Shown here: in pieces, positions 27,130 to 41,299 of the stretch
How positions within the stretch are numbered: the first letter of the stretch is position 1
Layout: every line of letters begins with the position of its first letter
Source of the DNA: Spironucleus salmonicida
Taxonomy: Eukaryota
Length of the DNA: 64,000 bases
Assembly: GCF_000497125.1 (NCBI RefSeq)
Contig: NC_090602.1
Coordinates: 434,001 to 498,000, forward strand
Direction of reading: 5' to 3'
Position numbers and translations under genes: made by a program
Notes under the pieces: model-generated
Databases searched by the model: none
Told to the model about the DNA's origin: nothing
Seen by the model: the letters and a program-made list of their open reading frames with translations, nothing else

Positions 27130-28140
27130 TCATTAAAATGTATTTAGTATTTTAATAAACTCGTCTTTTTAATTGCGGCTCGTTACAATTAATGTGGCTA
27201 AGTCCTAACTCAAAATATGTATCTCATCGCGTATACTTTCAATATGCTAGATATTGTTTTTATTTTTATCTTCTAAGTCTGACGTCCGGTTGAGTAGTTT
27301 TATTATTGTCTGGCTTTATACTTCTTTCTAACTCGTCAACCGGACAATCTAAGTTTCTAAAGTTTTGATTTAGTTTTAGTATTGTTATGCTTACGTTATA
27401 TTTTATTATTGATATATGAAAAATGCTGAACTTAATTCTTCTATATTGCACTTATTAAATTGTATAGCTTTAGAAAGTTATTCTCTAATATATGACAGGT
27501 CTTGCACAATATCTTTCTTTTTCTATTAGCAAATATCATCAAACTTGGATGAATATTTTTAGAATTTCTACTCGAAATCATCTGGAAATTGACTGTTTAT
27601 TGATTCTTTTAATCCAAAACATTCTTCTTTTAGTTGCTGCAACTGATTACTAATTATACTTAGTTGCTCAATTTTTTCTTACTGTGATTCTCGTGACCCA
27701 CACTATTCAGTTTTAATTTAGATTTTCTGCTCCATCAAAATTTCGATCTGACTGCGATATGAATCCAGTGTAGATTTATAATGAGCCATTTCCGTTTTAA
27801 ACAGCACCTCAAGCTTGTCAACTTATTCCAACGATGGCATTTCAACGGTTAACTAGTTCTAAGTTTATCCAATCAGCTGACCCACGTGTTCTTAGAGATA
27901 CTTTAGTTGACATTGAATCTCATCCAAATTCTGTGTAGAGTATATCTTCTGATCCAAAAATTCATATAATTACCGTATGACTACATTAATATTTTTGCAA
28001 TCCCGGCGCTTTGCGTAGTTGTTGAGTGAGGAAAAGTAAATGGAGAGCCTGATTTTGTGCTCGATGTCCAGATTCGAGTTGGAAAGGGCGAACTCTTTAT
28101 TATCCTCCTTCTATGTCTTTGCACCGCAAATTAGCAACAT
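27130..28140 (-). CDS. coiled-coil hypothetical protein (336 aa)
   Basis: ATG 28140 in frame with TGA at 27130; Q/E/K-rich. Confidence 0.6.
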
Positions 28141-28181
28141 TCTAAGCGTTGTAGATAAATTGTAGACAGATTAAAAGAAAG

Positions 28182-30311
28182 TCACTCGCTGTTTTTGGGG
28201 ATTAAGGAAATGTCGCCTATTGATCTTCTGAGGTCTGTCGGCTTCATGACCGCTGATGACACCAGCACTGATGGTTTCCCTTCCTCCAGCATGGAGGACT
28301 AAATGACACCTCTGGAGTAAGGATTTTCTGGTGATGGCTGGTCCTCAAGCTCATCTTCAGGCTCTATTCCAGTTGATTCTGACGACTCGTTCAGGGGGTC
28401 TTGCTTCTCTGTGTTAGTCGTTTAACTCGTTTCCAGAATATCTTGAGAAAGAGTTTTCATCTCAGGTTGTCTTGAGTTTGATAATTCGTATGACGATTAC
28501 GCTATTGGGGCTAAGATTTATTGTGGTTTAATCTCTGTAAATGAGTTTCTTATATATGTTGGAGCCAGCTCAGGAGTTTCCTCTTTCGTCTCTTCTTCTG
28601 TTTGGTCTTTTTACAATTCTTCAAGATCAATATGTTCCTATAATTACTATTTAGAAAATTTTTCATGAATATACTCGTCTTAATTTTCTATTTTTTCAAC
28701 CTTTGGAGTATATTATTTTAAAATTTCTTATTATTTTTATAACATGTCCTAAGTCGAACCAACTTTTGTTTAATTGGTTTCCTTTGCATCATTTTCTTGT
28801 GCTTCAGTGATATCGATGCTTAACTTTCTATTCAGTTATTTCTCTGCGGTTTGTTTATCTATATTATTATTACTTTCGTCAATATTTTCTATTTCACTAA
28901 GTTCTTCCTCTTCGGTCTCATACTCATCCTCAAGAACCTACTATGATAATTCATTAAGTACTAACCCCACTTTAGGCACAGTCTCATCATCTACTTTAAC
29001 AAATGAGGATTAATGCGTTGGTAGTGTTTTATTACTTTTTTTATTTTTTGGGGTTCCTTTAGGTTAAAATGTTGATTAATCCTATGTTTCAGAATCTGTT
29101 TAATATGACTAATCTCCAAATATAACTTATGATTTTGCCTAGTTATCATTTTATCGATTTTAATGCTAAGGTTAGGGCGTAAGTTATTTCTATAATTATA
29201 ATGGTTCAAATATACGAACACTTTTTTGTATATTTTAAACCGGTGTCATTTAGCCTTTCATAAAAGCTATATCTGGCTCGCTCTATCCTTTATTAGTTTT
29301 AGCACTAATAGGCTTTTTGTGCTCCGTTTCACCTAAGGCAAATTCTTCAAATATCTTTAATTTTTTCATAACATCATCATCATCATGTGTTGACTACAAC
29401 GTATTAGGCAGGCTTTATTTATTAATTTAGTCTAAAATATCATGGTTTAATATAGAGTCTGAATTTTCTCCTCCAAACTATGAATTTCCAATTAATTACT
29501 CTAAATTATTAGCTTGTTGAATCCTTGTGTATAATAGCTACCCTTAAGTATTATCATAATCTATTTCCTATTAGTCATAATCGTTAAGGTTATTTATAAA
29601 CTCATCATTATTCAAATCAATCCATTTAATTGGGTCTTATTTATTATATTTAGAATACAACATATATAGACCATACCCTTGTATTTTATATTTAATACAA
29701 AACAGTTTAACCATTTTCAATAACCAAATTGGTCCTATAACCACTATTTAATTCGCCTGCAATTTAATTCTAGTTAGCTCGTAAATTGGATGTTAATTCT
29801 AAGATATGTTAGTTTTTACTGAATCATCTATTTATTCTAAAAATTAGTCGTTATGCGATGATAAAATAAAAAAATTAGTTAAAAACCCATGCTTTTTCCC
29901 TAATTTTTTGATTACACTTTACCCAGGGCCATGACCAATAAAACATACATTTCGATTTTCAATCTACAAGCCTGATGAGAATGTATCTAAGTTTGAAACT
30001 CGAGCTAAAGAAAAATCAAATAATGGATTTAATATATAAAATTCTATATGTGAATCAGTGCAGTTTACAACTGTAACACCAAACGTTATAAGCTGAGTTT
30101 TTGATTAAAATGACAAAACAATAGTTTACGGTAAGTTGAAACTACCTTTAATTTTTAGTAAAAATAACTTCTAGCCATTATAATTTATACTATTTATGTT
30201 TTCAATAGGATATTTTTCAATTTGCTATGCTAAGATTAATTATTACTGGTTAATAGCGTTAGTCTAGTCTTCTGTCTATGGGACATTATTTTTTGCCGAT
30301 CCACAGCCCAT
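28182..30311 (-). CDS. hypothetical protein with MGCGS dual-acylation N-terminus (709 aa)
   Basis: MGCGSAK start; globular N-terminal third, low-complexity acidic/Ser-rich remainder; AGTGA stop. Confidence 0.75.
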
Positions 30312-30370
30312 TTTGAAAGTTAGTATTAATATTATTATATAATATAACATGTTGACTTCAATTTTTCAAT

Positions 30371-32059
30371 TCATTCTTTTGCACCAGACTAAGGCACAAC
30401 TTATTCCCCAGTACTCTACATCCATGTTTTATACTTCTCCGCGCCACCCCAAACGCCATCTTCTATTTCTAATCCAATCTCTCTTGCCTTCTTGCATGCT
30501 TACATGCAAAATTCTTAGTCAACTATGAAATAGACAAAATTTCCACCGGTTGCACGCCACTAATTTTCTAAATCGTCCTTTCTAATACTCACATATTAAC
30601 TATAAATGCACTCCACAATGACAGAGTAAATTTCAATTTTATCGGCCAAACTGTCCAAAATCAACCGCTCCTTCGTAATATCAGGCTGAAAAGCTGGATC
30701 TGTAGAACTAGTATAAACTGGCATTTTGCTAGCCTACCTCTTCTACTTGATATCAGCCTTCATAACTGCTAATTTCTTGTTGTATTCTTTCAGTTCGCAC
30801 TCGCGAACATACTCCAAAGTGCTAACTTAGTCCACCTTGTCCAAAACGATCTGAATAAGTCCCTTTCTAGCGATTTTCCGCTGATTCAAAAACTATAAAA
30901 ATGAGTGAATTTTACTGACATTTTCGCAACTTTTGCTAATTCCACCTAGAAAAACATTATTATTATACTCTTACAGTAACAATTCTTTGATTGATTTTAG
31001 GCTTTCGATTCGTCTTTTGAAGTGCATTCTGTTGTTGAATTCACGCGTCTTGCGCTAGAGCAAAATGGCTGAATTTCTCTGATTTTTCCAGTCTCGAACG
31101 GCCCTGAAACACCGAAATTCGCGCGAAATCACGAGACTGCCACTTTCGATTTGACAGTTGCTGGCATGAATTTCCGCATAAGCAGCAGAAACATCGTGCA
31201 AAAACGCGAGTTTTGAGGCCAAATAAACGATCGGAAGCAACTTGTTGCGCTGCAAAATGAACGTCTGAGGAAGAAGTTTCTCGGCAATCGGCTTCAACTG
31301 CTTCGCAATCGCGCGCTACTCGAATTCTGCGTCCTAGTAGTCCTTATTGGCCAATGTCTATTTGATTTTGATTTCCCGCTCCAAAGACTGTTACTGAGAT
31401 CTCCGCTGGGAGACTTCTGGATAAAATTGGCCGTCTTAGAGCTGTTTTTTGTTGTGGTTTATGAAGTTATCGATAAGGGGAGTAATGGGTGGAATATAAC
31501 GGTCTTGGAGCAGGTTTTTAGCGCGATTTTGCTGCGCTTTACGCTTCTTGAAATCGTCTTCGATGCGCTTTTTCTTCACCAGTTACTTCTATCTGTTGGA
31601 CTCGTTGATGAACATTTTGAGCAGCTCTGGGTGCCTGCGCATCTCTGCTATGCGGTCTTCGGTCGAGAGCTTGTCGAGGCCGAGGGCCTCTAGGGAGTCA
31701 ATTGCATTAGCGTTTGGGTCCGCCTCGTTTGTAGCATCATTTGCTTGGTTTTGCGAGACTGGTAGGATCTAATCTAGGTTCAAATTTTGGAACTTGTTCG
31801 TGTTATCTTTAGAGAGCTATGTGGCCTTCTTGCACTCTTAAATCTACTGTGTTAGGTTCTCTAACTCGCGGAAGACGTCTTCTGAAGTCATTTCTTTCTG
31901 TATTTGGTTCTTCTCTTTCTTTTTGCTGTTCTTAGTCTTCGGTTCATGAGATACGTGTTTCAAGGGGTCCACATATTGAATGTTTAGTTGCTACGCTATG
32001 AGTGATGCGGAGGCTGAAATTCGCGTGAAATTGGGTACTTTGAATGCGCTAAAGTTCAT
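30371..32059 (-). CDS. coiled-coil hypothetical protein (562 aa)
   Basis: MNFSAFKVPNFTRIS...; includes track ORF 31055-31297. Confidence 0.7.
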
Positions 32060-32269
32060 TAAATTGCGGTAGGAAGGAATGGTTAAAAAATATATAATAA
32101 CAATGGTAAAGTTACATTTTCTTAAAAAAAATAGATATTTTTAGTTTTTGTCGAAGTAAGCGTAGGTGAGGTTATTAGTTACGTAATTGCTTAATATATT
32201 GATTATTATAGGTTAAAGTAGCAGGTATATACATATTTTTATAGTGTTGCGAAAATAAAACGAATCAAT

Positions 32270-32776
32270 TCACATATCAGGATCAAAGCTGAAGCTAATG
32301 CAGGGTAGGTCCAGGATCCCGGTGTCGTACTCTGAGAGAGGTGTCACGGGGAATGTCTGCTGGATCTAGATGTACGACAGCTGAACGAGGGACCACGCCT
32401 TACTCTTCTTTACGACCAGGCCAATAGCGCTCAGTACAGAGAGAACGTCGTAGGTGCGTCGAACCTTGTCGATAGGTTGGCCGGTCTTGAGTAGGAAGAC
32501 GACGGTCCGGGTATGCTCTAAGATACCCATGCTGCAGCCAGGCGAGTCGACTTTCTGAACGAACTCGGAGAACCGCAGCAGAACATCGCATCGCTTCCAG
32601 GAGTAGGTCCGAGTGTGCCTGTCGATGATGCCGATGGCGCTAAAGACGTTGAGGACGTCCGACATGCGATGCGAGGTGGTGTTGAGTTAGGTTATGATGT
32701 CCTTGTTGGCGAACTCGAGGTTTTCACGCTGGTTGAGGAAGCTCAGAATGTTGGCGGTGGTGGCGCTCAGTGTCAT
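32270..32776 (-). CDS. miniature E2F-like protein, paralogue B copy 2 (168 aa)
   Basis: Same as 8326-8826 except the C-terminus (SFSFDPDM vs SFSFDE). Confidence 0.8.
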
Positions 32777-33884
32777 GTTGAAAGGGATAATTTAAATCTA
32801 AGTGGGGCGCGTAGGGTCATATCGGTATATAATAATGGTAGTGTACGGATCGCTAGTTATGCTATATAAGTTTATATATCCATAATATAGATATAACCCC
32901 AAGTAGAAAGGAATTCCTTTGGTTGGTAGTATTATTAATTCCATATATTGCTGGCCATCGCAAAAACTGAACTTAGCGGTTTTGGATATCTTTTGTGAAT
33001 ATCCTATAGAGTATAGCACTTTTGTAATTTTTCCTGCCTTGGACAGATTTGTTTACCGGATGGCCTGCTTCTCCTGAAATAATGACAGGCAGCGCAACAG
33101 TGCGCTCGATGGACAACTAGGCAGCCTCGCCACGGTACAGCAAGACAGGCCACTAGGAGGAATATTATCTTGGTGCATATAGGCTGCAGATTAGCCCAAT
33201 TCCCAGGCAAGGAAATTGCCAGATGTTTCTTCATTGTTACTGCGTACTTTATTGAACTGTATAAAGTAAAAGTATTTATTCGCTACCCTAAAATTTGTGG
33301 TTAGAACTTATTGCTCTGTAGCAAAATAGATAAACCTGTATCCTTAACCGAAGGTAGGCTATTAAGAATATTTATATTATGACTTGTCTTAAACTAATAT
33401 TAATTATAATATTAGCTTAATTATAAGTGAACAAGTCAGTTGGAAAAGTAAATTACTAATGATACAAGATATAAATAATTATTAAAACTCAGAGATCAAA
33501 TTCATAACCAAAGCTAAACTAGTAAACAAGTCCTGTATCCACTTCATATGTAGGTAATAAACTTAAATGCGATGTATTTACTGGTTCACCGTTGAGTGAC
33601 CAATTTCGATTTTTATTTATCACGCCTAGTGCGCGTAGCACAGCTAATACATCATACGTACGCCTGTCTTTATCTAGTTCGTGTCCAGATTTAAGTTTGA
33701 AGACAACCGTTTTCGTATGTTCAAAAATAGACGTATTTCTACCTTCAGAGTCTAGGGATGCGTAGAATGCCTAGAACTAATGAATAATATCACACCTTTT
33801 CCATATAAAATTGCGATTTTTGCGGTTGAGAATCAGTACGGATGCTAGCACGTTAAGAACATCAGAGATACGTGTAGTTGTAAT
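32282..33884. repeat. right arm of 1603-bp inverted repeat
   Basis: Reverse complement of 7218-8820. Confidence 0.97.
33026..33217 (-). ncRNA. second copy of the candidate structured RNA
   Basis: Reverse complement of 7885-8076. Confidence 0.45.
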
Positions 33885-33980
33885 TCCTAATATTTATCCT
33901 AATTCTTTGTTTGCAAATGTAACATAATCGCGTTGTTAGAGGAATCCTGTTATCTTATTTGTAATTGCTAAAAGAGTCAT
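33489..33980 (-). CDS. miniature E2F-like protein, paralogue A copy 2 (163 aa)
   Basis: N-terminal 32 codons diverged (MTLLAITNKITGFLQQRDYVTFANKELGQILG); remainder matches 7218-7613. Confidence 0.8.
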
Positions 33981-35846
33981 TTTTAGAGAAATGGTAGTAG
34001 ATTAAGATTCTGATATGACAGGAAATATTAATTTATTTAAATTAATAGTTAAGTAAGCGAAATTGCTACCCGGTTCGTAAATATAGTTTATAATCTAGCC
34101 GATATAATTAAGTATAAAAATATATTTTTTATTCCCTAATTGCTAGTTTATGGTGTTAATTTTGATAATAAAAACTATTAATATTAGTTTTATATTATTT
34201 ATTTTAATATTCGGTAGAGTTCTGCAGATTTAAGTTTTTTTAAACGTTTACTTAACTTAATATAAATTAAAAATAATACTATTATCTTGTGTTTCCATAG
34301 TATTAAATTAAAGTGAAGAATAAAAAAATGCTAGTAACATAGTTAGTTAATAATTATTTTTAAATTCTTTATATGTTGGAATTAGATAAAATAAATAAAA
34401 TTATGAGTTAATCCAACTTTTAACATATTATAATAATATCAACTTATAGTTAATTCGCAATAATAAAAAACACTATTAGAAAAGTATTCGTAAGTAAACT
34501 GGATATACACTTTTATTGACTATAATATTTTTATTTAAACCACAAATTCTTTACTTTACGTCATTAATAAATATAAAAATTATATGTATAATTGTAAAGT
34601 TACTTTAAATTTTGCGAAGTGTGATTTCATTAATTTTGCAGATATGAATAAAAGTAGATGACATAAACTTATAATATATTCTACATATATAATCATAATT
34701 TATATGTGAAAATATAGTGCTTCCAATTTAATTTTATACTCCAACAGTATAAAATTACTACTAAATATATCTCTATTGTAAACGTAAGGATTATAATTTT
34801 ATTTTACGAATAATAAGATTTGCGATATGACTAAGATAACGAAATCTGTTATTAAAACGTCTGAATAGTCTTCTATCTACATAATATTTGGTCGATTAGT
34901 TTAAATATAGCTTAATGTTAGCCTGTATAATTAATAGTTTCAAAATTATAAAACTCAATTTGTTACAGATATCAAATAATAAAAATATTATATTTGTTAT
35001 TTATAAATATAAATGAAAAAAGAATTTAAAAATTAAACTTTTCATACTTTCATTTTACTATAATAAATAATTTTCCAGTTATATGATTTTTAATATAGAC
35101 TTGTATCGCTATCCTTTTAATTCATTTCGTATTTAGTAACCATGTAAGTTAAGTCTTTATAAATCAAATATTATTGATTTTTGATCTAATGTTATACAGT
35201 CCATCATGCAGCTAGTTGTTTTACATTTAGCAAATATTTATCTCAGTATATTGAATATTATTGAAAATCAAAAATTATAAAAACCCACTAGAATCATAAT
35301 ATTTCAAAATAGATAAAAATAACATCATATGAAATTATCAATCTAGGTACGATTAAACAAAAGTGACTTCTAGAGTAATTCAAATATAATAAATGAATTT
35401 GATATTATAGTAATAACATAATAATAGAACTATTGTGGAATTTTAGACAGAGAATACGTAAATCACGCAAGAAAATAGAATCTTGTATTTTATACAAAAT
35501 TATCAACTCCTTTATTTGATAATAATTTAATATTAATTATTAACATAATTATTAGTGAAATAATTCTCTTTATTACTAAAACTAAATAATTATAATGTTT
35601 TAGTATCAAATATTAAAATAAATGTTATTAAAATAACATTTAATTTCATGATAAATATACTATAAAACACATTGATTAACACAATATAATAATGTAATAT
35701 ATCGCAAGCCTGTATAATTATTCCACTTTAAGCATATGATTTATGTTATTTAAATAAACCTAGTTTTCTACTATATTTCAGAACATGCCGAATGATATTA
35801 ATATGTATTATTTTCAAAACTCAGTTCACTTCATTTCTTCTCAAAA

Positions 35847-36443
35847 ATGAACCGCCCAATGTCAGGACTTAGAAAATAAATTTAGTAAGAAGACCAGCAG
35901 AAATGTTCTGCAAACTCAAATATAATATCTAATTTCATGTTTGAAAATTTTAAGTTGCCAAATTACGTGCCCATTGATGCTGCAGCTATCGACGTGGCGC
36001 AACCAAACGCCCTACAACTTATCGCAAAGAAAGTACTAGTTTTAGAGTAAAATTAGATTGAAATTAACGAATGTGTTAATAAAATAGTAAATCTTGGCGA
36101 CGATCAAGAGGACTGGGAAAGTAAAATTAATAACATTGTACAAAAATTGTTCAACAGCTACATGGCGAAGGGGGTAAATGGAAAATTCTTAGAAGCAGAC
36201 CAGAAAATAAGTGAAATTCAATAGTTCTTGGAATTTCCGAATGGTAGTAAAATCAGTTGCGTCAACCTAGCAGAGCGAATCGCAGATGTTGAAATGCACG
36301 TATTCAGTGATAGTATGAAGCTACTTAAAGACGATTACTAATAGATAAAGAAGTTACTAACAGATATACAATAAAGGATTCATTCTAACGAGGCTGGAAA
36401 AGAGCCCAAAGAACCGAAAGAGCCTAAAGAAGGAAACGAGTGA
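35847..36443 (+). CDS. hypothetical protein (198 aa), ends in a KEP repeat
   Basis: MNRPMSGLRKQ...KEPKEPKEPKEGNE; AGTGA stop. Confidence 0.7.
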
Positions 36444-36490
36444 AATGTTATTATTATACATTATTAATTAATATAGTGAAAATAAATCAA

Positions 36491-37228
36491 ATGGATTACG
36501 ATAAGTTCAAAGATACAGGCAGCACCCAGCAATTACCAGCAGAGGTCTAGCAGCTCATAAATGAAACTAGCAGCGAATTAGGAAAGACCAGCCAAGCTGC
36601 GAGCAATATCGAAAAATAGTACATAAAAGTATCAAAGCAGAACAATCCCGAGCAGCTCAAAATCTTCAAAGAAAACGTAACGAAGTAGCTTTAGTCACTT
36701 AATTCTGTAAATATCGTAGGAATTAATACGAAAATCTAGTAAATAAGCGCTTTCAGCAAGTCAAAGGGCGGCGAAAACAAGGCTAAAATCGACCAGCAGG
36801 CCCAGAGACTGCAGGTCCAAGCAGACCAGAAGCGCACCCTAATATCTAATTTGTCCCAGAAATTCAGGCAGATTCCAGTTCAGGAGCAGCTCGATTCGGG
36901 TGATGCGGAGATGGGGCTGAATAACTTTAAAATGGGCGTAATTCAACAGGAGGCTGAGGAGCAGGTAGACTAGATCAAGAATATCCACTAAGACATGAAC
37001 CAAATCAATTAAATGATGAAGCAGATGTCGAATCAGGTCTACAAGGGCGGGGAGACTATTAACCTCATTAGTGACAACGTAGAAGAAGCCGATAAGAAGG
37101 TAGAGAAGGGCGTTAAGAATCTTATCACTGCAAAAAAGACATAAAAAAGCAAGAATAAGTGGCTATTTATTGGACTAGGTGTTGTTGCGGCTTTGGTTGT
37201 CATATTATTACTTATATTTTTAATTTGA
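36491..37228 (+). CDS. syntaxin (Qa-SNARE, 245 aa)
   Basis: IKNIHQDMNQINQMMKQMSNQVYKGGETINLISDNVEEADKKVEKGVKNLITA followed by a C-terminal TM. Confidence 0.88.
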
Positions 37229-37246
37229 GTGATAAATGGTTGGATT

Positions 37247-37858
37247 TCACATAGTTTTTTCAACATCTAATCTGTCTTTCCACTTATTTCTCTCCTGGTC
37301 GATTAAATCGTCTAATTCTCTGATTTGCGTTCTGATTCTTTAGTTCCTTTCTCTGCAATTCTGAATTTCTCTTTACGCCTGTCCAATAGCGTCTCCTAAT
37401 TTTTTAAAACTTTCATCCCTTTTCTCTGCCACAGCCTTGAAATACTATTCATGCTTATCGAATAGATCACGGAATGTATCAGCATCAGCATCCGCTAGAG
37501 GAGTGAATTAAGGAGGTGTTGGCAATATCTATTATTACTCTTATACCTAAGTTAAAGGTTGATCTGCCATTTTATGCTCTATTTATACTGGCTCAGCTTT
37601 AATTTCGGGTATAAATTCAACTGTTTTAGATGGTTCTGGTATAGAATCTGCAATAATTTCTTAACTCACAACTTAGTATAATGCTATTTCTATATATGCC
37701 TCTTATTTAGTGCGTTAGTTTACGCATAAAACAAAGTCATCGCCAGAATCATAGTTTTCATCTTCCACTTATTGAAGTATGTCACCTGCTTTAGCTACCA
37801 TCTCATTTTCAACATCATCAGGAGTTATATCTGTCTACGCTTTATAAGTTAGCAACAT
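37247..37858 (-). CDS. protein with a divergent N-terminal SH3-like domain (203 aa)
   Basis: YKAQTDITPDDVENEMVAKAGDILQQV...NQRTKQEAYI; later PTPP and a charged helix; CCACTCC upstream. Confidence 0.6.
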
Positions 37859-40175
37859 TTATGTTATTAAATTTGGAGTGGATTAATATAAGAAAATAAA
37901 TATTATTAATAAATATAAGTCACTACGTTTTAAATATGGAAACTAAACCAAAGCTATTAATATAAGATGTAAACTTACATGATTTCTTGGCTATTACATG
38001 ATGCAAAGAATATATAGATATTGGTGTTTCGGATTATTACTGCTTAAACATAAACTATCTAGATTTAATCTTATGTTATATAGTATTGATGCTAATCTCT
38101 TCCCACGTTGATTTATTCTCTACTATTTCTGGAGGATCTAGCTTATAAATACCTGTATCTATTAATGTCCAATCTGATTATATGAAATATTTGTTAAGTT
38201 TAGATCTTTTATGTGACATCATTTTATTTCTTTTATTATAAATAGACATATAAGTAAGATGTTTTATTTATAATGAATAAAAAGGAAATATTGTTATTGC
38301 TACTATAGACATTAATAATTTTATTATTGACACACTGTGTCTATAAAATCCACAAAGAATTTAGATTTATCTTATCATCGCATAGATATAATAAAATTTT
38401 TAATGATATCTTAACAAATTTAAATATAACTTATAAAAATCTATAACAAAAATCAAAAGATAAATTATTATCATCTTTAGATTATACTGATAGGTAGATA
38501 TCAGGCATATTTTTTTAGATGAATAAGTCAATGCGCAAGATATTTGCTATTAATATCATTATTTTGTTTATAATTATTCATAGATAATAAGGTTATTTAG
38601 TGTAATGTAAACGTAATAACTTAAACTTAGATGTAATATCAAATTTTACTTAGTTTTACTAGCCTTAGTATAATAATATTTTAGGAAAAATCTAAAATAC
38701 AACTTTTTAGTATAATAATAAAATAAAAACATAGCTAGATTATATCAAATTACCTCATATAAATACAAAAAGTATAATAAAACTATATTCTATTTCTTCA
38801 AACTTTGATTACATTTTCGTTTTCTCTCCAGTTAGCTAAAAATTTTGGACACTGATTTCACTAATTTATTTATTGTGTTATAAATTGACAATAATGACAA
38901 AAACACGTTATTAAAGAATATTTTATATGATAAATATAGGTTTACTTTAAGCAATTCTTTTAGTATTTATTTATATATTATCATTCTAGATGCTGTTATA
39001 AATTTCAGGCAAAGAAACCTCCAGTATTCTATAAATTAAAAAAAGTCTTAATATTAACTAATTTTACAATATGATGGTATAGAGAGATTATGATAATCGC
39101 TATTTAAAATTAGTTACAAGTTTATTAAGTTTGTAATAAATGTATAAAAATAAATATAATGTTACTTCATCTGAAAATTATGATCTAAGTTATCATTTTT
39201 CTACAAATTTTTCAACCCCTATTTTTAGTGTGAATAATCTTAAATTTTTAAATCAAGGCATTAATAATTTAGCCTAAATATCATGTTATCCTAAGGGGAT
39301 AAACTGTAATTAGATAAATAATTTATAAGACAAAATTGATTAATATTGTGCTAAGAAAGATGGAGCTACATAACAATGTAAAATTGCGGTCGAATTCATT
39401 ATTTAGAATATTTCATATATTTATTAAGATTTTGGTATTATATTCACTGTAGATTATTAAGAAAATAAAACTAATGTTAAATTAATTGAAGGTGTATTTA
39501 ACACCGAATTTTGATTGTACATTTTATGATATGATTATTGTTTCATCTATACTAGGTTAACTATATAATTAATATATATTAGTGCTAGCCTTAAACTTGG
39601 TTTAATTAATTATAATAAGGAAATATCATGTAAATGTATTCAAATCACATCTACATACTACAAATTTGTAACTCCTCTCAATGACTTCCTTAAATTAATT
39701 TTTTAATATAGATTACTAAATCATAAATGGAAATTCCAAAAAATAAACTATATATTTTATTATATTATAAATATTACGAATTTATTGAATTTAATTATGA
39801 GAAACAGTGCAAAAACATTGCTGACCCCTTAATTAATCCCTAAATAAAGTATACGCATTCTTTCACATTAACTAAACTTTTAACCTATGCAAATACTTTA
39901 ATAAATTGCTAGATAAGGTTCAGTTCTTCATTTTCCATAGCTGACGTGTGAAGAGGAGATTGCACTTAAGTCATAACATTTAAATGCTACAATGGATATT
40001 GAAGATTTTTAAATGTGATCCTAGTTTTCATTAACTGTTGACACAATATTATAGTTTAGCTATATTTTAACAGATTCTAAGGATTATATTATTAATGATA
40101 TTTATATGTTATTTGTATTTATAATATAATATACAATAGGATATATTATCATATAACGTGAAAATATTATTGTTA

Positions 40176-40721
40176 ATGAGCAAGTCAATTGCTTTCGCTT
40201 TCAACTAGGACCGGTAATTTATTAACAAAATCAAGTTCTATAATGATGTGTTCGAGAATAAAGAAGAGAAGATGATGAAATCAACAAATTTTCCTAAAGT
40301 ATTATTTAACGAAACTAGAGTTCCAAAACAATTATTATTTGATATTAATACAGTGGAATATGTAACGACTTAGATACCTGAAATAGATGGAAATGTTAAA
40401 TATACCTCTTTAGAGGAAAGAAATTATTAACTTTTTGAAATGGAATCATTTGTATAAATTATGCGAAAAGCCCCTGAAACTTGGTCAAGAGCAGTGAAAT
40501 AGAGATCTTGCATGAAATATAGTTCAATATCTCATTCACCATAGTTTAAGTAGAATTAATCTTGTACTTAGTCGTAAATGCTTCCTAAATTAAATAGTTC
40601 ATAAATGCTGCCTTCGATCAATTAGCTACAAAATAAGTATTAGTCAGTGAACAAGAAGATAATACGTTAGAATTAAGTGCTACGCACACAGAATACTTAA
40701 GCTAAAAACAATTTATAGTGA
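40176..40721 (+). CDS. hypothetical protein (181 aa)
   Basis: MSKSIAFAFNQDRQFINKIKFY...; AGTGA stop. Confidence 0.65.
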
Positions 40722-40786
40722 GAATAGTTTTTTCATTATAGTATATTAATATATTATGATTGATATTATACTGGTCCGCCTTAGAA

Positions 40787-41299
40787 ATGACATTTATAAC
40801 AGATCTAAATAATCAGAGAAAAAATCAATCTCCAATTCCGCTTAACACTAATTTTAACTCAAATAATCAGCCTATATTACCATCATAACGATCAGCACTT
40901 CTTTTAGCAGCACATTTTACAAAAGTTGTACCAATGCAAAAAGGAAAAATTGATAAAACAGCACTTTCTAGACCTCCATATAATTCAGTTGAACCAAAAA
41001 TTAAAATATAACCATATTTAATTTAACCTCCACGACCTAGAACTACTAAGCCGAGATTCTATCGCCTTCGTGAGGCACCTAATCCAGAAATAATATTTGA
41101 AGATGAGTTTACTGATCCGATGTATAGAGATTATTTAGACCGTATTAAAATGCAAGTTGGTGGCGGGTTGCTAGATGGAAATCAGTCAAGTTTAGCGAAA
41201 CAAAGACAAATGCTGAGACCAGTTACAAGTATTGCAAAGGCATTACGCTGCTAAGTTGATATTGGCGAACTGAATGTAGAAGTTTACAAATTTAAATGA
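40787..41299 (+). CDS. hypothetical Pro-rich protein (170 aa)
   Basis: MTFITDLNNQRKNQSPIP...ELNVEVYKFK-TGA. Confidence 0.65.

Noticed and set aside
29600-30050. PP2C-like pattern (FIGHGPG) in the MGCGS protein
   Set aside because: Catalytic Asp residues absent and similarity too weak
7218-33884. Inverted repeats as TIRs of a large transposon (Polinton/Maverick or composite element)
   Set aside because: No transposase, integrase or polymerase inside; the content is housekeeping genes; homology continues beyond the identical core and no target-site duplication is evident
34000-35800. Long AT-rich tract as a centromere, repeat or gene
   Set aside because: No tandem periodicity or convincing frame visible
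37936-40100. Possible genes in an AT-rich region
   Set aside because: Frames are short or shift repeatedly; cannot be distinguished from chance ORFs with one stop codon
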